The position numbers were made by a program, and so were the translations under genes. A model generated the notes under the pieces. That model was not told where the DNA came from. It was given only the letters and a program-made list of their open reading frames with translations, and did not search any database. A DNA stretch of 55,870 bases, from the NCBI GenBank assembly GCA_016937995.1, contig JAFGVM010000005.1:1-55870 (forward strand). The letters run 5' to 3'. Below, in pieces: positions 1 through 9,883 of the stretch; position 1 is the stretch's first letter, and the number at the start of each line of letters is the position of its first letter. The stretch comes from Candidatus Delongbacteria bacterium. Its GTDB lineage: Bacteria > UBA4055.

Positions 1-14
1 GACTTTTTGTTCAT
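1..14 (-). CDS. 5' end of an unidentified gene running off the left edge (MNKK...)
   Basis: CAT at 12-14 with a strong SD (AGAGGAG, 24-30 on - strand); only 4 codons visible. Confidence 0.55.
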
Positions 15-158
15 TTTTTGATTCTCCTCTGTTTCTTTAACACAATTTAAGAAAATTTTGTGTCTAAAAACAGGGGGACACTATATTAAACATCATTATT
101 AACTTTTAATTCATAAATTTATCTTGATTTTGGTTTTGTTAATGATTTAATTTACTGC

Positions 159-575
159 ATGGAAAAGATCATTCAGGCTAAATATGAGGATTATAAAGAA
201 TCCATTATCAATGTTCGTCATACAGTCTTTGTGATCGGTCAAAATGTCCCTGCAGAGATCGAGATCGACGGAAAAGATCCTGATTGTTTTCATGTTCTAA
301 TACTCAAAGATAACAAAGCAATTGCCACAGGTCGTATGGAAAAAGATGGCCATATTGGAAGAATTGCTGTTCTTGAGGAATTCAGAGGACTTCATTACGG
401 TCAGAAAATAATGAAAAAACTGGAAGAAATAGCAGTAGAGAACAATATCAAAAGAGTATATCTGGGATCCCAGGTCCATGCTATGGGTTTTTATTCGGTA
501 CTTGGTTATGAACCTTACGGGGATTTCTATTTTGAAGCAGGTATCGAACACAAAAAAATGGAAAAGATATTTTAG
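159..575 (+). CDS. GNAT family N-acetyltransferase (ElaA/YjcF-like)
   Basis: R-x-x-VFV..Q.VP..EID, IGRIAV...RG.HYG acetyl-CoA motif, GFY..LGY, EAGIEH..M. Confidence 0.9.
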   Translation: MEKIIQAKYEDYKESIINVRHTVFVIGQNVPAEIEIDGKDPDCFHVLILKDNKAIATGRMEKDGHIGRIAVLEEFRGLHYGQKIMKKLEEIAVENNIKRVYLGSQVHAMGFYSVLGYEPYGDFYFEAGIEHKKMEKIF

Positions 576-589
576 CTGAAAATTCCAAT

Positions 590-892
590 TTATCTACACT
601 TTATTCACATAGTAGTTCACATTGTAATTAAAAGTAATGAAATTTTGATAAGTTAGAGAATTGTAATAAAATATTTGCAAAATGTTAACGAAATCACAAA
701 AAATTATTTTTATTCAAAACTATGGTATATCAGCCTGAATAAGCACTAAGATGATTAAAATTACCTATTTCAAAACTAACAGTATCTTCATTTTAGCTAC
801 TAAATCCTGTCAAGGAAAATTTTAACAAAAATTTAAAAAAAATCTGATTGTCAACAGGTTATTCACACTACCTTTGGAAAATGTGCGTATAA
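590..892. promoter_or_regulatory. DnaA-box cluster (candidate oriC or DnaA-titration locus)
   Basis: TTATCTACA 590-598, TTATTCACA 601-609, TTATTCAAA 710-718, TTGTCAACA 848-856, TTATTCACA 859-867; reverse boxes TTTTCCAAA 873-881 and TTATACGCA 884-892; AT-rich gap between convergent genes. Confidence 0.6.
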
Positions 893-925
893 CAGTGATC
901 GGATAAATAATGATATAATAGCAAA

Positions 926-3367
926 TTATTTTTTATTTTTTACAACTTTCAGGTTTTTATATTGAACTACATCGTTCTTTATTGATATTTTTACAGTATC
1001 TCCATAAGAAAATTTACCGGAGATAATATTTTCAGCAATTGGGTCCTGAATAATATTTTCAACTGCTCTTTTTAAAGGTCTTGCCCCGTTATCAATATCA
1101 AAATACTCTTTCATAATATATTTTATAACTGCAGGTGCCACTTCTAATTCGATATTGATAGAATTTAATTTGATCTTGCATTCATTTACATGATTGTTGA
1201 TAATTTTCATGACAGCATTTTCAGATAAATGGTTAAATATGATCGTTTCATCTATCCTGTTAATGAACTCAGGTTTGAAATTCTGGGTTATGCTCTTATG
1301 AAGGTTTTCCTTCATGCTCTTTTGTTTTTCCTCATAACCTGTCTTTGAGCCAAAACCGATATTGTTTGAGTTACTGAGAATCTTATTTGCTACATTTGAA
1401 GTAAATATTATTATCGTGTTCCTGAAATCAATTTTCCTTCCGTTACCGTCAGTAAGATTACCTTCATCAAGCACCTGTAACAACATTCCGAATACGTCAG
1501 GATGTGCCTTTTCAATTTCATCGAACAGAACAACAGAATAAGGATGCCTTCTTACTTTTTCACTCAACTGGCCGCCTTCACCGTATCCAACGTATCCCGG
1601 AGGTGAACCGATCATTCTGGAAACATTGAATTTTTCCATATATTCCGACATGTCTATCTTGATGAGTGAATGATCTGACTCAAAGATCTCTTCAGCCAAT
1701 ACTTTTGCAAGTTCCGTTTTACCAACTCCTGTAGGTCCAAGGAACAAAAAAGAACCGATAGGTCTGTTCGGGTCTTTGAAACCAGCCCTGGCTCTCTTAA
1801 CTCTCCGGACAACTGCTTCTATCGCTTCTTCCTGATCGATTATCTTTTTAGATATATTTTTGGTTATTTTTTGAAGCCTTTTACTTTCTGAAACGGCCAG
1901 TCTGCTGATAGGTATGGATGTCATCATTGAAATAATGTCGGTTATATCATCGACTGAGATATTAAGGAATCTACTTGAAGTAATATTATGCCATTTTTCC
2001 ATTTCTGATCTCAGATCATCTTTAAGAGGAGTAATTTTATCTCTTAACTCAGCAGCTTTTTCAAATTTCTGTTTTTCAATGTTCATGTTCTTTTCTTTTG
2101 TCAAAGCTTCTATCTTATTTTCCAGCTCAGTGATCTTTGTAGGTACTTTTAAAGACAGATGTTTTTTTGCTCCTGCTTCATCCATAACATCAATTGCTTT
2201 GTCAGGAAGGAATCTGTCGGTTATATACCTGTCACTTAATTCAGCTGTAGCAATAAGACTTTCATCAGAGAATTTTACTTTGTGGTGTTTTTCATATTTA
2301 GGTTGCAAACCTTTCAGTATCTCAATGGTCTCATGGATGGTGGAAGGATCGACCAATACTTTCTGGAATCTTCTTTCAAGTGCACCGTCCTTTTCAATAG
2401 TAGTTCTGTATTCATCCAGTGTTGTGGCACCGATACACTGTATAACTCCTCTTGCGAGAGCGGGTTTGAACATATTTGAGGCATCCATTGATCCTGAAGT
2501 GCTTCCGGCACCGACTATAGTATGTATCTCATCAAGGAAAAGAATAAGGTCCTTCTCATTTTCTATCTCCTTAAGGATAGTCTTTATTCTTTCTTCAAAT
2601 TGTCCGCGGTATTTAGTTCCGGCGATCAATAATCCCAAGTCAAGAGAAACTACTCTTTTATCCAGTAGATATTTAGGAACGTTCCGATTGATAATTCTAA
2701 GGGCCAGGCCCTCAACTATCGCTGTTTTTCCTGTACCCGGCTCTCCAATTAAAATGGGATTATTCTTCTTTCTTCTCGAAAGTATCTGTATGATCCTGCT
2801 GATCTCTTTTTCTCTGCCGATAACCGGATCAAGTAAACCTTTCTTAGCATGCTCTGTCAGATCAACTGAAAAAGTATCAATAGACGGAGTAGGAGAGGTT
2901 TCATCCTCAATAGGTTCATTGAATTCCTGTTTACCGTTCACTCCCATAAGTAATATTTGTTTAACTTTCTGATAACTTACCCCATGAAATCTAAGTATCC
3001 TCTCAGTATATGAATTAACTGCTTTGGTTAAAGCAAGAAGTAAATGTTCACTTCCGGTATACATATTGTTCAATTCGCGGGACTCATGCGAAGCCTGTGA
3101 TAAAATACGGTCACTTTCATGGCTTATAGGTACAAATCCTAATTTTAATATATTTCTTTCTTTTATCATCCCGTTCTCAATATCTTTTTGCAGCGCGATA
3201 AGATCAACGCTCAGTTTTTTTAATATATTTATAGCTGTTCCTTCATTAGCTCGCAATATCCCAAGCATAAGATGTCCCGGATAAACAGTATCCTGACCTA
3301 ATTTAAGAGTAATTTCTTTTGAAAGTCTTATTATCTTTGACATTCTTGAAGATAGATTATTGTCCAT
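926..3367 (-). CDS. clpC: ATP-dependent Clp protease ATP-binding subunit ClpC
   Basis: Clp_N repeats, Walker A GEPGTGKT and GPTGVGKT, UVR coiled coil (FEKAAELRD), GSPPGYVGY pore loop; start moved to ATG 3367 with SD AGAGGT. Confidence 0.95.
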   Translation of the reverse strand: MDNNLSSRMSKIIRLSKEITLKLGQDTVYPGHLMLGILRANEGTAINILKKLSVDLIALQKDIENGMIKERNILKLGFVPISHESDRILSQASHESRELNNMYTGSEHLLLALTKAVNSYTERILRFHGVSYQKVKQILLMGVNGKQEFNEPIEDETSPTPSIDTFSVDLTEHAKKGLLDPVIGREKEISRIIQILSRRKKNNPILIGEPGTGKTAIVEGLALRIINRNVPKYLLDKRVVSLDLGLLIAGTKYRGQFEERIKTILKEIENEKDLILFLDEIHTIVGAGSTSGSMDASNMFKPALARGVIQCIGATTLDEYRTTIEKDGALERRFQKVLVDPSTIHETIEILKGLQPKYEKHHKVKFSDESLIATAELSDRYITDRFLPDKAIDVMDEAGAKKHLSLKVPTKITELENKIEALTKEKNMNIEKQKFEKAAELRDKITPLKDDLRSEMEKWHNITSSRFLNISVDDITDIISMMTSIPISRLAVSESKRLQKITKNISKKIIDQEEAIEAVVRRVKRARAGFKDPNRPIGSFLFLGPTGVGKTELAKVLAEEIFESDHSLIKIDMSEYMEKFNVSRMIGSPPGYVGYGEGGQLSEKVRRHPYSVVLFDEIEKAHPDVFGMLLQVLDEGNLTDGNGRKIDFRNTIIIFTSNVANKILSNSNNIGFGSKTGYEEKQKSMKENLHKSITQNFKPEFINRIDETIIFNHLSENAVMKIINNHVNECKIKLNSINIELEVAPAVIKYIMKEYFDIDNGARPLKRAVENIIQDPIAENIISGKFSYGDTVKISIKNDVVQYKNLKVVKNKK

Positions 3368-3418
3368 TGTATACCTCTCTATACTTGTTTCTATAGGGAG
3401 ACGCAAAGTGTTGCGTCT

Positions 3419-4111
3419 TTACAGATCCAGTTTTTCTTTTGTTTCTTCAACAGTTTCCGTAAGTAATTTTTTTACACTTCCGATAAACGGGTCCATCAGA
3501 GTTGAAATCTTATAAGCTCCGTATCCAAGTCTTGAATATGCGGGAGAATTATTGTCAGTTGTTCTATCATAGTTCAGGGAATTATTCCATTTTTGATTTT
3601 CAAGTGAATCTTTCATTGCTTTAACACTCTCATCATCTTTTGTAGCTTTTAAAGCAAGTTCAACACCTCCCTCAATAAGTTCATCTGTGTCGAGATCGGG
3701 AGTCACATTTCTTTGAATAAAGTCATCTCCGGCAGGAACCAATCTTATCAGTAATAAGACTACAGTAGCTACCATAAAACCTTTTATGCCACCAAAGAAA
3801 GATCCGATCAAACGGTTGGGGATAGAGGTAAGTATCAAATTTGTTGTTTTAGTCAGAATACGTCCTATAGTAAAAAATACCATAAAAATTAGTATAAATG
3901 CAATTATTCCTGACAGAAATCCGATCAGTTCATTGTGTGTATCCAAAGTATCTTTAGTATAACTGTTGATCAATTTGCTGATCGGAGTGTTCAGGGCAAT
4001 TGCAGCAAATATACCAATGATCTGAAAGATCTCTGTAATAAACCCCCTTTTGAACCCTATGACAGTGAAGATGCCCATTATCACAAGAACTATTATATCA
4101 ATGTAATGCAT
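3419..4111 (-). CDS. cvpA: CvpA family (colicin V production) membrane protein
   Basis: IDIIVL...GFKRGFITEI, NRLIGSFFGGIKG signature, hydrophobic helices. Confidence 0.85.
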   Translation of the reverse strand: MHYIDIIVLVIMGIFTVIGFKRGFITEIFQIIGIFAAIALNTPISKLINSYTKDTLDTHNELIGFLSGIIAFILIFMVFFTIGRILTKTTNLILTSIPNRLIGSFFGGIKGFMVATVVLLLIRLVPAGDDFIQRNVTPDLDTDELIEGGVELALKATKDDESVKAMKDSLENQKWNNSLNYDRTTDNNSPAYSRLGYGAYKISTLMDPFIGSVKKLLTETVEETKEKLDL

Positions 4112-4159
4112 TTATTTTTCCTGTTTTCAATTCTAGATACAATGTAACTAAACAAAGGT

Positions 4160-4191
4160 AAAAAAAAAAGAGTGAATTTAATTCACTCTTT
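4160..4191 (-). terminator. intrinsic terminator downstream of rpsU
   Basis: AAAGAGTGAATT/AATTCACTCTTT stem with an A-run on the left (U-tract on - strand). Confidence 0.8.
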
Positions 4192-4219
4192 CCTTATATC
4201 TTGATCATAGAACGCGGGA

Positions 4220-4423
4220 TTAAAATCCTCTGTTATTCATTCTTGTAAGCTTTTGTTGTTTTCTTGTAGCTTGAATTCTGTTTCTTCTGTTAACCCAGGT
4301 AGGTTTATCGTATCTTTCTCTTCTTCTAAGTTCAGCTAGAACACCACTTTTTTCAAATGTCTTAGTGAATCTTTTCAAAGCTCTTTCGAAAGGTTCGTTA
4401 TCTCTAATTTTTACGTGTATCAT
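4220..4423 (-). CDS. rpsU: 30S ribosomal protein bS21
   Basis: [16 protein letters not shown]...[18 protein letters not shown] 4423 with SD AGGAGGTG. Confidence 0.95.
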   Translation of the reverse strand: MIHVKIRDNEPFERALKRFTKTFEKSGVLAELRRRERYDKPTWVNRRNRIQATRKQQKLTRMNNRGF

Positions 4424-4503
4424 TGTTTTAATCACCTCCTTCTAACAGAATAATTCGATGCCAAATATAAACATGCTCTGCACTATTGTCAAGTAATATA
4501 ATG

Positions 4504-7047
4504 TTATTTCAACAATGTCATTTTTTTCATCTGCTTCAAACCGCTTTCAGTTTCTATACCGTAATAATATATTCCTGAAGAAAGCTCTTTCCCTGAGTTC
4601 CAGTTGATAGTATAATTACCGGAATTGAATTTTTTATTATCAAAGAGTGTATCTACTATTTCACCTTTGATATTATAAATGTGCATAGAAAGCTTATCAT
4701 TATTGATCACAGAGAAATTTATCGTAGTTACAGGATTGAACGGATTAGGGTAGTTCTGCTCCAATTGTAAATTATCAACTGTAAACTGTCCATTGTCATC
4801 AATGCCTGTTGAAGTTGAAAATACCAGCTCTTTAAAAGCTGAGATATTCTTATCATCAGTAACTCTGAACATCAGGTCCCAGCTTGTGTCACCGGTGTTA
4901 ATTATACCGCTGAAAATACCGTTACTGCTTATTTCAATTCCGTACGGGTATGGATCAGTTGAAAAAGAAGTTTTCATATCCGAAGGATCATCTGTGTTTG
5001 AAAGTTCAGAAATTAAAGCACTGATAACTGATCCGTTCGATATACCGGCACCCCATTCAATACCAGTCGTAAAACCGCTTCCATAGAAAAATTCAATTTT
5101 TCCGTCTGAGTGCAGTTTGGCAGTAAAATCAAGATCAACTTCAGGCAGATCGAACATTGATGTGATCCATCTTACAAGTACATAATCTTCATTCTTGTAA
5201 TAAAAGATCCCTTCACCATCCTCCGGGTAGCTCATCAGGTCAGTAACGTAAGGTGCGATAGTTTTGGTTTCCCTGATGTCAGATTCATCTCTGACATCCT
5301 CGAAGTTCTCACCAAAAGAGATGGATCCGTTAGTTGAAACATTTATGTAGTCATATGTCTTGCCAAAGAACGGGAAAGCAAAATCAAGCTGAATAATAGC
5401 ATATCCGTCATCATCATTTGACATAGTTAACTCGATAACATCATCGTAAGGAAATGGACTTTCATTTGTTACTTCGGAATAATCTATCAGCATATCCCAG
5501 TAATACGGCGGAGTACCGTTCTCAGCGGTTAATGTATAAGAATATTCCTGTCCGGGTGCTGCAATAGGAAGATCAGTAGTAGTAATGTTTGCTTTATCGA
5601 AAGTCGCTGAAGCATCAACATAGGCATAAGTAGTTACACCATTAATGATGGCAACACCTGTTTGAGAACTCGGAGTTTCAGTTCCTTCCTCGTCAACAAT
5701 AGCAAAAGAAGCAATGTTACCTCTGCCTCCAGCGTTGCCGTTATGTTCAACGCAAATGAAAAATCTAGCGTCAGAATCTGAATTTGCATAGCTGAGCAAA
5801 GGAGTTATATCCAATCCTAATTCAAGAACATCTCCGTCACCTTTCATACCCAGTCCGTCACCACCCTGAAAATTAAAATGTGGAAAAGTGATAGTATGTT
5901 CAGGGACAGTTGCTTCAAGATCATTTGCAATACCAGCCATTATCTTTATATCGTTCCTTTCACTGTAATTGATAGTTGCTTTTAATTTAAGGGTCGGAAC
6001 AAAAGATTCTCTGGTCTTTATAGAATGAGCGATATTATTATAAATACCGCCGTCCGCCAAACTTTGTGCAAGAGTTCTATACATAACCCAGGATTTACCG
6101 GAATTTGCCCAGGAAGTACCCCATGAATTCGCCATTTTAAGACCGCCTATCTCCCAGTCACGCATATCTACAATACCATCGCCTGTAATATCTATATCAT
6201 TCGTATATTTGCCATCTGTATTGTAATCCCATCGAATAGAGTCATTGTATCCTATGAATGTCATAGCATGATTCACGTTCTCATCCCATTTTAATACAAC
6301 AGATTCACCTGGACAGAATGAGTTCATAGGTAGAATACCTCTCTGAAAAGTATAGCTGACACCAGCAGCAAATACTGCGATCCCGCCTGCTTCAGACCCG
6401 TCACAATGGTCATTCATCCATTGTTTAAGAACTTCAAGACCCTCGGGAGTGTTCAACGGCATTGCTATCTGCTCAAGAACACGGTTATTCATACCGTTTT
6501 GATATTTTGAATATCCGTCCATCCATAATGAATTTGCAAGAGTGTAATCTGTTGAAGGCCAAAGCATTCCACCATAATCAGTAACGTTGGGTATTCCACT
6601 TGCTTTGATTATATCCCATCCGTCCCAATGCCAAGAACCGTTACCGCCGCTTCCGCTGTTAAGGAAGTTATATGTGTAGTGGGTCGGGTATTGATTGTCG
6701 GTTATATCGGCAGATGTACCTCTTTTAAAATTCTGTTCGTAAGTATAAGTATACCCAACACCGCTTGCCTGTCCGCAACTTCCTCCAACCTGATTGAAAA
6801 TAGGGCGGAAATAGGGTTGGGTCGAGTTGTCAACAGTATAAGGCAGCTCTTCTTTTCTGTTCTTGTATTCATCAGGAAGCAGCAGAACCGGTATTTCATC
6901 AATTTTTTTCTGCTGTTCCGGAGTCAGAGGAGAGACACCGCCTGATATCCATGGTTCACCGTTGGGATCAGGATTATTATTGATCAGTTCAGCCGAGACA
7001 AATGAGAAAAGCAGCAATGTCGTTAGAACCAAGATTAATTTTTTCAT
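4504..7047 (-). CDS. secreted papain-like (C1) cysteine peptidase with T9SS type-A-like C-terminal sorting domain (paralog 1)
   Basis: signal peptide; QVGGSCGQ (oxyanion Q, catalytic C), NHAMTFIGY (H), NSWGTSW (N); He_PIG-like and NIDO-like segments; C-terminal LEQNYPNPFNP...SSGIYYY...KKMTLLK. Confidence 0.85.
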   Translation of the reverse strand: MKKLILVLTTLLLFSFVSAELINNNPDPNGEPWISGGVSPLTPEQQKKIDEIPVLLLPDEYKNRKEELPYTVDNSTQPYFRPIFNQVGGSCGQASGVGYTYTYEQNFKRGTSADITDNQYPTHYTYNFLNSGSGGNGSWHWDGWDIIKASGIPNVTDYGGMLWPSTDYTLANSLWMDGYSKYQNGMNNRVLEQIAMPLNTPEGLEVLKQWMNDHCDGSEAGGIAVFAAGVSYTFQRGILPMNSFCPGESVVLKWDENVNHAMTFIGYNDSIRWDYNTDGKYTNDIDITGDGIVDMRDWEIGGLKMANSWGTSWANSGKSWVMYRTLAQSLADGGIYNNIAHSIKTRESFVPTLKLKATINYSERNDIKIMAGIANDLEATVPEHTITFPHFNFQGGDGLGMKGDGDVLELGLDITPLLSYANSDSDARFFICVEHNGNAGGRGNIASFAIVDEEGTETPSSQTGVAIINGVTTYAYVDASATFDKANITTTDLPIAAPGQEYSYTLTAENGTPPYYWDMLIDYSEVTNESPFPYDDVIELTMSNDDDGYAIIQLDFAFPFFGKTYDYINVSTNGSISFGENFEDVRDESDIRETKTIAPYVTDLMSYPEDGEGIFYYKNEDYVLVRWITSMFDLPEVDLDFTAKLHSDGKIEFFYGSGFTTGIEWGAGISNGSVISALISELSNTDDPSDMKTSFSTDPYPYGIEISSNGIFSGIINTGDTSWDLMFRVTDDKNISAFKELVFSTSTGIDDNGQFTVDNLQLEQNYPNPFNPVTTINFSVINNDKLSMHIYNIKGEIVDTLFDNKKFNSGNYTINWNSGKELSSGIYYYGIETESGLKQMKKMTLLK

Positions 7048-7173
7048 TAAGAACTCCTATATAAAAAATTTTTATTCTGCAATCGGCAATTAATTATACA
7101 ACATAATCATCCACTTTAAAGATAATAAAAAATTTTATTAATAATATGATTTTAATGATAAAATGTTAAAAAA

Positions 7174-7201
7174 CAGTGGTCAGTGGTCAGTTAACAGTGG
7201 C
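7174..7201 (+). repeat. heptamer tandem repeat (CAGTGGT-like x4)
   Basis: CAGTGGT CAGTGGT CAGTTAA CAGTGGC. Confidence 0.7.
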
Positions 7202-7231
7202 CGGAAGGGAGTTAATACATTATTACTTGTA

Positions 7232-7262
7232 CAAAAAGAAAAGGGCGTTATAATAACGCCCT
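7232..7262 (-). terminator. intrinsic terminator after peptidase paralog 2 (REP-related stem)
   Basis: AGGGCGTTAT/ATAACGCCCT stem with A-rich left flank; nearly identical to 28631-28655. Confidence 0.75.
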
Positions 7263-7279
7263 GGCAATTACAAAAGATA

Positions 7280-9754
7280 TTATTTAACGTTGTCAGCTGT
7301 GACGTAGTAAAAGTATTTATCACCAGTTAGAATTATATCCGAATCGCTGAATGTATTAGTCAAGGATGTACCGACCTCAGTAAAAACACCATATGGATCG
7401 TTAGATCTGTAAATATGGTAGAGATTTGCAGAAGGTACAGCATCCCAGTTCAATAAAATCGAATTACTGGAAACTGATATTATGAAGTTGGAAGTTGGTT
7501 CTATTATTACACCGCTACTCAGTGAAAAAGGGATTACTTTTATTGCTGAAATATTATTTCCGTCAGTAACTCTAAAGTTGATATTCCAAGTGTTATCAGC
7601 ACCGGTTAATGTTCCGCTGAAAATTCCATCTTCACTTAAAGCCATTCCATAAGGAAAATCAGTAGTTGAGAATGAAGTTTTCAGACCACTTGGATCATAT
7701 GTATTTGCAATTTGAGATATTTTACAATTTGCTGAATTACCGTTTGATACCCCGTTTGACCATACAAGTCCGGGAGTCATGTTATCACCGTAGAAGAACT
7801 CTATGTCTGAATTAGCAAATATTTTTGCAGCAAATTCAACATTCACTTCAGGAATGCCGCAAAGAGAGGATTTCCATCTTATGGTCAAATGATCCGAATC
7901 CATGAAGTAAAATATTCCTTCACCGTCAGCTGGATAGCTTTGCAGGTCTTGTGAATATGCAGTGATAGTCTGAGTTGAAACTATATCACCTTCATTTCTT
8001 ACATAAACGAACTTGTCTCCAAAAAGCAATGAACCGTCAGTACAAACAGTAATATGATCGTAAAGTTTACCATAGAATGGAAAGTCGAAGTCAAGATCAA
8101 TTATAGCAATTCCATCGTCATCATTTGTCATAGTTAACTGATCAACAGCTTCTGTAGGAAAAGAATTGGAATTGGCTGTTTCTGTATAATCAAAAATAAC
8201 GTCCCATGAGTAAGGAGGAAGACCACCTGTAACTGCAAAACTTTCTGAGTACGGGATCGACGGCAGTGCGTCAGGCAGGGTGGATGTACTTATTAGCGGA
8301 GCATCAAAAGTAACGGAGGTGATCACAGACATGTAGGTGATATCATTCGTAATTATAGCTTTATTTGACTCAGTACTTGTATACTCTACAGAGTCATTGT
8401 CTTTTACTCCCATTGAAACGATGCTGCCAGATCCTGATCCACCTGCATCTTTCTGTTCAACTCCGATAAAGAATTTTGCAGGTACACCGCTTTCAACATA
8501 GCTGAGAAGTGGACTAATATCAAGTCCAAGCTCAAGTAGATCTACAGTTCCTTCCATACCTATATTATCTCCTCCTTGATATGCAAAATATGGGAATGAT
8601 ATAGAATGTTCAGGTTCAGTGTCTGAAGTATTACCTGAAACACCAGCAGTTATCTTAAGCTCTTTACGGTCAGAATAACTTATACTTGCTTTAAGTTTTA
8701 ATTGAGGATAGAATGATTCTTTTGTTCTCATCGTATAGACTGTATTTCCGTTTATACCTCCTTCCGAAACATCTAAAGCTAAAGTTCTGTACATGACCCA
8801 TGCTTTACCTCCGGTACCCCATGATGTGCCCCATGAATTGACCATAAGAAGTCCTCCGATCTCCCAGTCCCTCATATCAATTATACTGTCACCGTTCAGA
8901 TCAATATCGTTAGTATATTTTCTATCTCCATTGTAATCGTAACGTATAGTATCACTATATCCTACAAAGGTCATTGCATGATTGACGATCGGATTCCAGT
9001 TGGCAACAACATATTCACCCGCATGAGGAGTATTGTTCTTTAAAGTTGCAAGTGTCCAACCGGTAACTCCTGCCGAGAAATTAACTATACCACCTGCAGC
9101 AGAACCATCACAATGATCATTAAAATATTGCTTTAAAGTTTCAAGACCTTCAGGTGTGCCGACCGGAATAGAAATAACTTCATCAACTCTATTGTTCATT
9201 CCTGTTTCATAGATATCAAATCCGTCCTGCCATAAAAGATTTTGCGTTGCCGGATCAGAAGATGCCCACAACAATCCTCCGTAAGTCGTAACATCAGGTA
9301 TACCACCGTTCTTGGCAATATCCCATCCCTGAAAATATGTAGAACCGTTAGCACCGCTTCCATCGTTAACAAAGTTATAAGTAAAATGACTTGGGAATTG
9401 GTTGTCTGTTATGTTTGCACTGGTTCCTCTCATGAAATTCATTTCATATGTAAAATTATATGCAATACCACTTGCCTGGGCACAACTTCCACCAACCTGG
9501 TTGAAGATAGGTGGAAAATATGGCTCATTTGTATTGTCAATTTCAGTTACAAGTTTTTCTTTTCGGTTCTTGTAAAACTCAGGTAAGGTTAATTTGGGTA
9601 GAGCATCAATTTTTTTCTGTTCTTCAGGAGTAGGTTGTTTCCAGCCTCCAGCATACCATGGTTCTCCATTAGGGTCAGGGTTTAAGTTTACCATCTCTGC
9701 ATTTAAAAATACAGACATGAGAATAATTGTAAGGAACATCGAGATTTTTTTCAT
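7280..9754 (-). CDS. secreted papain-like (C1) cysteine peptidase with FN3-like C-terminal module (paralog 2)
   Basis: signal peptide; QVGGSCAQ, NHAMTFVGY, NSWGTSW; ends LNWDAVP.A..YHIYRS.DPY...YFYYVTADN instead of the NYPNPFN domain. Confidence 0.85.
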   Translation of the reverse strand: MKKISMFLTIILMSVFLNAEMVNLNPDPNGEPWYAGGWKQPTPEEQKKIDALPKLTLPEFYKNRKEKLVTEIDNTNEPYFPPIFNQVGGSCAQASGIAYNFTYEMNFMRGTSANITDNQFPSHFTYNFVNDGSGANGSTYFQGWDIAKNGGIPDVTTYGGLLWASSDPATQNLLWQDGFDIYETGMNNRVDEVISIPVGTPEGLETLKQYFNDHCDGSAAGGIVNFSAGVTGWTLATLKNNTPHAGEYVVANWNPIVNHAMTFVGYSDTIRYDYNGDRKYTNDIDLNGDSIIDMRDWEIGGLLMVNSWGTSWGTGGKAWVMYRTLALDVSEGGINGNTVYTMRTKESFYPQLKLKASISYSDRKELKITAGVSGNTSDTEPEHSISFPYFAYQGGDNIGMEGTVDLLELGLDISPLLSYVESGVPAKFFIGVEQKDAGGSGSGSIVSMGVKDNDSVEYTSTESNKAIITNDITYMSVITSVTFDAPLISTSTLPDALPSIPYSESFAVTGGLPPYSWDVIFDYTETANSNSFPTEAVDQLTMTNDDDGIAIIDLDFDFPFYGKLYDHITVCTDGSLLFGDKFVYVRNEGDIVSTQTITAYSQDLQSYPADGEGIFYFMDSDHLTIRWKSSLCGIPEVNVEFAAKIFANSDIEFFYGDNMTPGLVWSNGVSNGNSANCKISQIANTYDPSGLKTSFSTTDFPYGMALSEDGIFSGTLTGADNTWNINFRVTDGNNISAIKVIPFSLSSGVIIEPTSNFIISVSSNSILLNWDAVPSANLYHIYRSNDPYGVFTEVGTSLTNTFSDSDIILTGDKYFYYVTADNVK

Positions 9755-9834
9755 TACTTGGCCTTATAATTTAATTAATTGACTTTTACAATTTGAGTAT
9801 AAGAAAATAAAAGCTCTTTGTAAACTATGAAAAT

Positions 9835-9859
9835 AAAAAAAAGGATGCACCGCATCCTT
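9835..9859 (-). terminator. intrinsic terminator after peptidase paralog 3
   Basis: AAGGATGC/GCATCCTT stem with an A-run on the left. Confidence 0.75.
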
Positions 9860-9883
9860 GATATGGTAAATATTTTAACAGGA

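Noticed and set aside
1914-2972. 352-aa plus-strand ORF
   Set aside because: Antisense shadow of clpC with no independent motifs; the same applies to 41635-42276, 50213-50683 and the other short overlapping ORFs
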